Made by a program: the position numbers and the translations under genes. A DNA stretch of 64,000 nt from an uncultured Anaerolineales bacterium (lineage in GTDB: Bacteria; Planctomycetota; Phycisphaerae; FEN-1346). Location of the stretch: contig CAZIJC010000002.1 in assembly GCA_964539385.1 (NCBI GenBank), positions 16,001 through 80,000 on the forward strand. Direction: 5' to 3'. Positions 27,991-37,500 of the stretch are shown here, piece by piece. The notes under the pieces are model-generated. The model was not told where the DNA came from, did not search any database, and saw nothing but the letters and a program-made list of their open reading frames with translations. The number at the start of each line of letters is the position of its first letter. Within the stretch, counting starts at the first letter, position 1.

Positions 27991-30900
27991 ATGACCATGC
28001 GAACGTCTCGAATCTGGCCGATGGTTGTGGTTTTGACGATGGCCGTCTTCCTGCCGATGGTGGAGGCGGTGCACGCGGCGGCGGCGGAACCGGCCGCCAA
28101 GCCTCTCTCGGCGGAGGAGGCGAAGGCCGTCCGCGAACAGAGCATCTACATCCCTTATGAGAAACTCCGCGAGGTCTTCGAGAAACAGGGCCGCGGGGTG
28201 TTCCTGCCCTACGAAAAGTTCCAGGAACTCTGGAAGGCCGCACGCGACAAGACCGCACCGCCCCCCGAGACCAAGCCACCCATCGACGCCCTCATCACCG
28301 AGGTCTCCGGCGTGGCCACCGTCTCGAAAGACGTCGTCACGGTCGAGGCCACACTGAAGTTCGAGGTCCTCAAGGAGGGCTGGAACGAGGTTCTGCTCCG
28401 CCTGCGCGACGTCGCCCTGACGAAGGCGACGCTCGGCGCCGAGCCCGCGCGCATCATCTCCGACGCCAAGGCAGGCTACAAACTCCTGGTCGAGAAGAAG
28501 GGCAAAGACCCGCAGCAGTTCACCCTGACCCTCGGCTTCGCCAAGGCCTACTCGAAGGCGCCGGGCCAGAACAGCGTCTCGTTCGAGAGTCCGCAGGCCC
28601 CGGTGAGCAAGTGGGAGGTCCGCATCCCCGAGTCGGGCGTCAAGGTGAACATCCATCCGCTCCTGGCAGCCACCGAGGTCCCGCCCGCCGCCGGCGCCGA
28701 CGCCAAGCAGACCGTTGTCCTGGCGTTCGTCGGCGCTGCGCCCACCGTCCGGATCGACTGGACGCCCAAGGCCGAGGGCGCCAAGGGCCTCGCGGCGCTG
28801 GCGAGCGTCCAGATCGAACAGCAGACGGCCATCGAAGAAGGCGTCACGCGGACCCGTGCGACGCTGGCCTACGAGATCAGCCGGGCGGAACTGGCGAGCC
28901 TCCAGGTCGAGGTCCCCGCCAACCAGAAGGTGGCCGGCGTCTTCGATCCGAACGTCCGCGAGTGGTCGGTGGAGGCCGCCGGAGGCGTCCAGAAGATCAC
29001 CGTCCAACTGTTCGAGCCCGCCAAGAAGACGCAGAACCTGACGCTCGAACTCGAAAAGTTCAGCGCCGAGCAGCCCCCCCAGGTCAAAGTGCCCGTCATC
29101 AAGGCCCTCGGCGTGGGACGCCAGCAGGGCGTGGTCGTCGTGCAGGTGGCCTCCGGCCTGCGGGCCGAGGCCGTCGCCCACGCCGGCCTCCTGCAACTCG
29201 ATGCGGCCGAACTGCCCAAGACGCTCGCCAAGGGCAAGTGGGATTTCTCCTACCGTTACGCCGCCCTGCCGTTCGACCTGACCCTCGGCGTCGAGAAGGT
29301 CCAGCCGCGCATCCTCGCCGACTCGCTCGTCGAGGCCCACCTCGGCACCGAGGCGCTGACGGTGGATTTGCTGACCGTCTATACGGTTGAGCGGGCCGGC
29401 GTGTTCCGTTTCGAGATCGACGTGCCTGAAGGCTACGACGTCCGCAGCGTGCGCGGCGCGGCCGTGGGCAAGGCCGTTCGCCCCGCCCAGGTCGAGGCCC
29501 ATCACCTGGAGGGCCCGAACAAGACGCGCCTCGTGGTGAACCTGTCGCGCAAGGCCATGGGCAAGGTGGCCCTGGCCGTCGGGCTCCACAAGACGCTGCA
29601 CGAGCCGGACCTCCTGGCCCCCACCGGCAAGGCGGCCAACATCCCGCTGGCCATCCCGCGCGTGGCGCCCGACAGCGTCCAGCGCGAGACGGGGCGCCTG
29701 GTCGTCTATGCCCCGGAGAGCCTTCGCGTCAACCCTGATAAACCGACCGGCCTGCGGACCGTTACGTTCCAGGAAGCGACCAAAGACATGCGGCGGACGC
29801 AGCGCGGCGGCGAGCGGCCCGTCCTGGCGTTCGCCTACACCGAGGAGCCGGCGTCGTTGGCCCTGGCCGCCGAACGCCGCAAGCCTCACGTCACCGTGCG
29901 GCAACTGCTGGTGGCGCGGATCGATTCGGGGGTCGTCAAGTACTCGGCCACGTTCTTCTACGACGTGCTCTACAGCGGCGTGAAGAACCTGCGGCTGGAC
30001 GTGCCGCAGGACCTCGCCGCCGACATCCGCGTCACGCCCCTGACCATTCGACATGAAACCATTGCCGAGAAGCCCGACGATCTCGCCGACGGATACGTCG
30101 CCTGGCAGTTGACCGGCGATGCGGAGTTCATGGACTCGGTCGGGGTGACACTGACGTGGGAGAAGAAGATCGAGAAACTCGACGTCGGCAAGAGCGTGAA
30201 CCTCGATATTCCGCGGCTCATCCCGCGCGACATCGACCGGGCATGGGGACAGATCGTCCTGGCCAAGGCAGAGACCATCGACGTGCAACGGGCAGAGGGC
30301 GAGGAGAAGGTCAAGGGCCTCAGGCCCATTGACCCCCAGCACGACCTGATGCCCGGCGCGGCCGTCAAGGCCGCGGCCCGGGCCTTCGAGTTCCACGAGG
30401 ACTGGGCCCTTACGGTCGTCGCCACGATGTACAAACTCGAGGACATCAAGCACACCGCCATCGAACGGGCCTTCGTCCGGATGGTCGTGACGCGAAGCGA
30501 CCTCATCAGCGTCCAGGCCCTCTACCGCGCCCGAAGCGCCCGGCAGCGGCTTCGGGTGAGGCTGCCGGCCGATTTCCACGAGTTTGACCGTGACCCGCTG
30601 CGAATCAACGGCCGCCCCGTGTCGCTTGAACACAGCGGCGACCGCACCACGTTCTTCGTGCCGCTGATCTCGCTGACACCCGACGAGCCGTTCCTGCTGG
30701 AACTGCGGTACACCGTCAAGGGCGCCGGCATGACGCTCGAGTGCCCCGTCTTTCCGGAAGAGCCCGCCGTCCAGAAAGTGTACCTGTCGGCGTGGCTGCC
30801 TGAGGAATGGGACTTCCTCGGCTCGGTCGGCCCCTGGACCGACGAGTTGTACTGGCACGTGCGTTTGGGCGACCTCGTCTGGTATCCGGCGCCTTATCGC

Positions 30901-31506
30901 AACGACGCCTCACTGCTCGAATGGGTTCGCCAGGGCATGAAGACCGAAGGCGGCGCCGAACAGAGTTTCCAGACCGACGGTCGGCAGTACCTGTTCTCGA
31001 CGCTGCGGCCCGAGGAGCCGCCCGACGGAAGCCTCCGCCTCGTCGCGATGGACAGCGACTACCTAGCCATCCTCGTATTCGTCGTCATCCTGGCGGTCGG
31101 CATCGCGCTCCTGCTGACGCCGTGGACGACGCGGTGCATCGCCGTGGGCGCCTTCATCACTCTGATGGTCCTGCTGGGCGTGTTCGCACCGACGTTTGCG
31201 GTCCAGGTAACCCGCAGCGTGATGGTTGCCGCCGTCTCCATCGTGGCGGTCATCTGGCTCCTGTGGTACCTGCTGTGGACCCGCCCGCGCGATCCGCGCA
31301 TCGGCCAGCGCAAGAAGGCCCGCCGGGCGGCCCGCGAGGCGGCGCTCGCCAGGGCCAGGGCCGCTGCGCAGCAAGCGGGCGCGCCGGCGACCAAAGCGAC
31401 GCCGGCCAAACCTCCGGCCGAGAACGTAGCGCAGACCGCCGAGGAAGGCCAGCCGCCGCCACAAGACAATGACGACGACAAGGAAGGGGGTGACGACGAT
31501 GCGTAA
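27991..31506 (+). CDS. Large exported protein with repeated beta-rich domains and 3 C-terminal TM helices; function unknown
   Basis: Signal peptide ending VHA-A; about 1170-aa ORF with internal repeats; C-terminal hydrophobic helices. Confidence 0.85.
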   Translation: MTMRTSRIWPMVVVLTMAVFLPMVEAVHAAAAEPAAKPLSAEEAKAVREQSIYIPYEKLREVFEKQGRGVFLPYEKFQELWKAARDKTAPPPETKPPIDALITEVSGVATVSKDVVTVEATLKFEVLKEGWNEVLLRLRDVALTKATLGAEPARIISDAKAGYKLLVEKKGKDPQQFTLTLGFAKAYSKAPGQNSVSFESPQAPVSKWEVRIPESGVKVNIHPLLAATEVPPAAGADAKQTVVLAFVGAAPTVRIDWTPKAEGAKGLAALASVQIEQQTAIEEGVTRTRATLAYEISRAELASLQVEVPANQKVAGVFDPNVREWSVEAAGGVQKITVQLFEPAKKTQNLTLELEKFSAEQPPQVKVPVIKALGVGRQQGVVVVQVASGLRAEAVAHAGLLQLDAAELPKTLAKGKWDFSYRYAALPFDLTLGVEKVQPRILADSLVEAHLGTEALTVDLLTVYTVERAGVFRFEIDVPEGYDVRSVRGAAVGKAVRPAQVEAHHLEGPNKTRLVVNLSRKAMGKVALAVGLHKTLHEPDLLAPTGKAANIPLAIPRVAPDSVQRETGRLVVYAPESLRVNPDKPTGLRTVTFQEATKDMRRTQRGGERPVLAFAYTEEPASLALAAERRKPHVTVRQLLVARIDSGVVKYSATFFYDVLYSGVKNLRLDVPQDLAADIRVTPLTIRHETIAEKPDDLADGYVAWQLTGDAEFMDSVGVTLTWEKKIEKLDVGKSVNLDIPRLIPRDIDRAWGQIVLAKAETIDVQRAEGEEKVKGLRPIDPQHDLMPGAAVKAAARAFEFHEDWALTVVATMYKLEDIKHTAIERAFVRMVVTRSDLISVQALYRARSARQRLRVRLPADFHEFDRDPLRINGRPVSLEHSGDRTTFFVPLISLTPDEPFLLELRYTVKGAGMTLECPVFPEEPAVQKVYLSAWLPEEWDFLGSVGPWTDELYWHVRLGDLVWYPAPYRNDASLLEWVRQGMKTEGGAEQSFQTDGRQYLFSTLRPEEPPDGSLRLVAMDSDYLAILVFVVILAVGIALLLTPWTTRCIAVGAFITLMVLLGVFAPTFAVQVTRSVMVAAVSIVAVIWLLWYLLWTRPRDPRIGQRKKARRAAREAALARARAAAQQAGAPATKATPAKPPAENVAQTAEEGQPPPQDNDDDKEGGDDDA

Positions 31507-34500
31507 CACCATCCCCATCCTGTTGCTGGCCTTGGCAGCCCTGACGGCGCCCGCTGCGGCCGTCAACAAGCCGCCGCCGGCCAATCTGCAATCTCAAATC
31601 TCAAATCTCAGATCTGAAATCCGAGATCCGAAATCCGAGAAAACGGTCCGCGAACTGCTCGTCCCGTTCGAGGACCTCAGCGTCCTGCTCGAAGGCGATC
31701 CGAACCGCGTCCTCCTGTCGCGCGACGAGTACGAGGCGCTCCTGGAGAAGGCGAAGAAGCAGGCCGAGGCCCGCGCCCCGCGCCAGGCGCTTCTCGTTTC
31801 GGCAGACTACCAGGCCAAGGCCGGCGACGAGCGGGCCGAGATCGCCGGCACGCTCACCGTCAGTGTCCTGGAAGACGGTCTGCACGCCGTCGGCCTCGAC
31901 GTTGGAGGCGTGGGCCTGCGCGGGGCCACGCTCGACGGCAAAGGCGCCCCGGTCGGCCTCTCGGACGACGGGCGGCTCACACTGTTCGTTGAGGGCAAGG
32001 GCGAGCACAAACTCGTTCTCGACGTGGTGGCCCCGCTTCAGACCACCGCCGCCAGGCAGATCCTGAACTTCCGCCTGCCCACCCCCGCGCCGGCACGCAT
32101 GCGGCTGACCGTCCCGGGCGACGTCGAGGTCAAGTCCGGCGCGCCGGTCGTCGCGCGCGTCTTCGACGAGGCGGCCGAGGTCACGCGCATTGAAATCCTG
32201 CCGCAGCGAGGCGACGTCTCGCTCGTCATGACGCTCAACAGCCGCCTCCTGCGAAAGGACCGCATCGTCGTCGCCCGGTCGGTCTTCCTGGACGAGGTGA
32301 CGCAGGCCTACGAGCGGCTGCACGCCACCGTCTCAATGGCCGTCCTGCACCGGGCCGTCAAGGGTTTCCGGTTCGCCGTCCCGGCGGGGTTCGAGGTAAC
32401 CGACGTCCGGTCGCCGAATCTGGCGCGCTGGGCCATCGTGACCGAATCCGGCCGCCGCATCCTCGACGTCCACCTTCGCGACGAGACGACCGAGACGGTC
32501 GTCCTGAACCTGTCGGCCGTGCGGATGAAGCCGGACCTCGGGGCGTGGGCGCTGGCGAAATTCGAACCGCTCGACGTCGTCGGCCACGTGGCCGTCGTCG
32601 GCCTGGCGGTCGAGGACCGGCTGAAGGCCGAGGCCGTCTCGCCCGAGGGCCTCATCGCCATCGACACGGCAGTCCTCGTGAAGGCGCTGCCGGCCACGGT
32701 GCTGGAGGCCCGGCCGGGTGCGGCAAAGATCCGCCCGGTCGTGGCGTATTACGCGCCGCAAGCGGCGTTCGGCCTGACGGCCCGGTTCGTCAAGCCGCCC
32801 GCGCGACTGCGCGTAACGACCAACCTGCTGGTGATCCTCGAGGACGGCGGCCTGACGGTGCGCGGCGGGTTCGCCCTGGTGCCGGAGCAAGAGAAACGCT
32901 TCGCCTTCGATTTCTCCGTCCCCGCCGGATGGGACGTGACCAGCGTCACGGCCGATGGCGGCGGCGTGACGTTCGAGCGGTACGGCAAGCCCGGCCAGGA
33001 AGGACGCGTCCACGTTCGCCTGGCCCAAGGCGTGCCCGCCGCCGCGGAGCGGCAGGTGCTCTTCACGGCCGTCCACGTGCCGAAGACCTGGTTCAGCGAG
33101 TGGGCCGGGACGGCCATGGAGTTTCCGGTCTTCGCCGTCTCGGGCGCCGCCCGCGACGTGGGCGCCATCGCCGTGGACGCTCGCGACGACATGGTCGTCC
33201 GGCCCGAGGCGCTCGAGCGCCTCATGCCGCTCGATGAGAACGAGAAGACCCGCTACGGTCTCCAGGGCGTGGCCGCCGCTCTCGCCTACCGATACGACGC
33301 CCAGCCGTATCGGGCCCGCCTGACGGTCGAGCGCACCCTGCCGCGCATCACCGCCCAGACCTTCTCGTTCTTCCGGGTCGAGCGTGACGTGCTGGCAGCC
33401 CATTACGAGATCGTCTACGACGTGACGCAGGCCAGGACGCGGCGGCTGAGACTACTGCTGCCGGAAGAGACGCCCACGGCGCTCTCGATCCGCGGCCTGG
33501 GCGGCGTGGCGCTCAAGGAGTACACGAGCGAGATCGTCGGCGAGGAAGGCAGCCGGCGGCGCCGGTGGACCGCCCTTCTGGCCGAGCGCCGAAGCGGCGC
33601 CGTCCGCCTGGCGGTCGATTTCCAGCAGCGGCTCGCCGAACTCGAACCCGAGAACCTGGCCCTGCCGATCGTCGAGGCCGACGGCGTGGCGTACCAGTCG
33701 GGCCTGGTGGCCGTCGAGGGCAGCCCCGAACTCGACGTCGTCGTTACAACCGGGGCCCGGAGAGTCGACATCGGCGAACTCGTCGATGCCGAGTACCAGC
33801 CGGGCCGCCGACTCCTGGGCGCTTACGGGTTCGTCGGCAATACGGCGCCCGTCGCGGTGGCGGTGGCGCGGCATCCCACGCTGGGTCTTCCGCCGGCGAT
33901 CATCCAGCGGGCGGAGTTGGCGACGGTCCTGTCGGCCGACGGCCTGGCCCAGACATCCGCCCGGTTCCTTCTACGGACCAAGGCCCTGTTCCTCGAAGTC
34001 CGGCTGCCCGAGGACTCGACCCTGTGGTCGGCCGCCCTCGACGGCGAGCCCATCAAGCCGCAGCGCGAGGCCGAAAGCATGTTGCTGAACCTTCCGGCCG
34101 CCGCCGCCGGGGCCGTCCGCGACCTGCGCGTCGTCTACGAGACGCCGGTCGACGGGATGGCGTTCTGGAGGGGGCTCGACGTTCCGGCCCCGCGCCTGTT
34201 CCTTCACGCCGAGCCCACCGCCGAGGGTAAAGAGGTGCCGGTGGCGGACCTGGAGTGGCAACTGTTCATGCCCAGCGGCTACCGGGTGATTCGGGCCGAG
34301 GGCAGCGTCGTGACCGGCCAGGTGACGGCGCCGCCGCTGGCCGTGGCCAACGTGGCCGGCGCCTTTTACGCCGGTTCGGGCGGCGTGGATTTTGACCACG
34401 GCGCCCTGGGCCTCGTCCTGATGGGCTTCGGCGGATGCGCGATGAAGAGCGCGAAGGAGATGGCGGTCGGACGTTGGGACTCAGCGCGGGATGGTGCGGA

Positions 34501-37500
34501 TGCGCCTCGAGACTATTTCTATGGCGACGAGTCGGAGGAGGAAGCAGCCAAGACGGGGGAGGATTTGGAGATCGCCGGCGGCGCCACTTTGAGCATGAGA
34601 GAGAAAGCCTCGCGGAGCGCCCGCCCACACGGTGCCAAGGACGCCAACCGGCTTGCGATTCGGACGGGGGAGCGCAGAGCGGCCGACGAGGCGGGAACCG
34701 GGGCTAAACCCGCCGACAAACCGCCTTCCGTCGGCACAGCCCCGGCGCCGAAGACCAAACCGGAGCCGGCCGCACTCACGCCTCGCGCGCCGCCCAAGAG
34801 GCCCGTAACGCCCGCGAAGAAGGAGGATGCTGCCAAAAGGAAACTCCATCGGGCCTGGGCACTGGAGGGCGTCGCCAGCCTCAAGATCGACCTCGTCAAG
34901 ACCGGCGAGGCCGTCACGTTCCAGAGCCTCGGCACCGAGCCTCGCCTGACACTGACCGTCGTGGACGCCGGCCGCATGGAGGCGCTGGCGTGGGCGCTCG
35001 CGCTGGCGGTGCTGGTCGTCGGTCTGGCGCTGACGTCGCGGCCGGCGGCCGCCAAGGCGGCCTACGTCGTCGGCGTGGGCCTGGTGGCGACGCTCATCCC
35101 CGTCATCACGGGCCGCATCGAACTGGCGATGCTCGTCAACGGGGCGTTCTACGCGGCGTGCCTGCTGATCCTGTACTACCTGGTGGCGGGTTGTGTGCGG
35201 TGGTTCGCCGGCAAGGTGAGCGGCACGTTTGCGCCTCCGGCGACTGCGGCGGCGGGGATGGTGCTCGCCATCGCCGCAGGCGTGCTGCTGGCCGGCGGCG
35301 CATCGGCCGTCGCCGACCAGAAGGGCGCGCCGTACGTCATCCAGGTGGTGCCCCCGCCGAAGCCCGTCAAGGTGCCGGCCGACGCCATCATCCTGCCCTA
35401 CGATCCCGCCTCCAAGACGGGCATCCAGGACGCCGACCGCCTGCTCGTGCCGTACGCCAGGTACGTCGAACTGTGGAACCAAGCGTATCCCGAGAAGCCC
35501 ATCGGCAAGAAGAAACCGCCGGCGCCGTACGCGCTGGCCGGGGCGGCGCTGACGGCCACGCTCAAGGGCGAGGAGTACCTGCTCGTCGAAGGGCATATCG
35601 ACATCGACGTCTACACCGACTCCTACGCCGTCGTGCCGCTGCCGCTGGAGGGCGGTGTCCTGGCGAAGGCCGACCTGGACGGCGCTCCCGCGCGGCTGAG
35701 CGTTGCCGAGACGGCGCCCGCGCCGAACCGGAAGAAGTCGTCGAAACCGCTGCCACAGTCCTTCGTCGTGCTCTACGTTTCGGGCAAAGGGCGGCACCGT
35801 CTTGACCTGGCGGCGCGGATGCGGCTGCATCGGCGCGGCGGATGGCGCGGCGTCGAAGGGCGGCTGCCGGTCGCCCCCGCCACGGCCCTGGCGCTGACCG
35901 TCCCGGACGCCGGGACAGAGGTTCGCCTGGGCGGCGTACCGGACCGCGCCTCCTACGACACGAAGGCGGCCGGCCAGACAATCGAAACGGCCCTCGGCGC
36001 GGGCGGCTCGGTCTCCATTCAGTGGCGGCCGAAGGTCAGCGAAGGACAACTCGACCGGACCCTGACCGCCGGATCGAAGGCCGTACTGGACGTTCAGGAA
36101 GACAGCCTGCGGCTGGTGTGGTCGCTTCACCTTGAGTTCCGCCGCGGCGAGCGAGACTTCTTTACCGTCGAGGTGCCGGGCGGCTACACCGTCGAGAAGG
36201 TGGAAGGGACGAACATCCGGGGATGGGAGGCCAAGCAGGCTGGCGAGCGGCAGGAGGTGACCGTGACCCTCCTGAAACCGGCCAAGGGGTCGGAGGACTT
36301 CACGATCACCATCTGGCGACAGGCCGATGCGGGCTCCTCGCCGGTGGCGGGTGGGGAGTTCGACGCCCCGGTCGTCGGTGTAACCGGTGCGCTCAGGCAC
36401 ACGGGGCAACTCGTGATCCGTCGCAGTCCGCTCCTGGACCTTCGGACGGTCGCTACCAGCGGTGTCCGCCGCGACGATCTGCCGCCCGAACCGAAGAAAA
36501 CGGGAGGCGGCGCGGGGGCGACCGAGAGCCCCCTCGGCATCCGCCCGCAGGAGGCGTACCGTTTCGTGGCCACGCCGTTCTCGGTCCGTCTGGCGGCGGC
36601 GCCCGCCGTGGCGAAGAAATCGGCGACCGTCCAGATGATCGTGCGCGTGGCCCAGCGCGAGCGGAGCATGGAGGCCCGGGCGACGCTCACCGTCCGGAAC
36701 CGGCCGCTTTACTGGGCCCGGTTCGTCGTGCCGCCCGACTTGAAAGTGGACCGCGTGCTGGCGCCCGGCACGTTCGAGTGGGCGCTGACCGACGAGGCGG
36801 GTCGCAGGGTCCTGACGGTGTACCTGGCAAGCGGCGTGCAAGGCGCGTGCCCGATCCTTCTGCAGGGCAAACTGGGCGAGGACCGGGAAACGCTCGATAC
36901 CGCCGTGCCGCACCTGGAGGTCCTGGACGTCGATCGCCAGCAGGGCGACATCGTCGTGCAGGTGGACCCGGCGTTCGAGGTGCGGACGGAGGCCCTTGAG
37001 AACATCGAGCGGGCGCTCCTGCACCGCGCCGGCGGGTGGCTGAGCAGCGACCAGAAGACCCTGGCCGCGCTGGCCCTCCACTACACGCGTCCCGATTACG
37101 CGGGGCGGCTGGTTCTGACGGCGAAAAAGCCGGATGTCACGTGCTTCACGGTCACGAACGCGCGGGTCACCGACCGGTCGATCGACGAGACGATCCTCGT
37201 CAGTTGGACGATCCGTGGCGCCGGTGTTCGCGACGTTTCGCTGGTGCTGCCGGCGTGGATGAAGGACGCCCGCATCAGCGTGCCTCTGCTGAGGCAGAAG
37301 ACGATTACGCCGGTTGCGGATGATGCGGCGTCGGTCCGCGTGCACCTGGAACTTCAGGACGAGGTCATGGGCGAGTTGCGCGTGCTCATCGAGAACGACC
37401 GTCTGCTGGCCGGCGGGACGCACGACGCGCCGATTCCGAGAGTCGAGACCGGCCGGACCGACCGCCGCTACGTTGCCCTCGAGAGCGCCGGTCGCGATGA

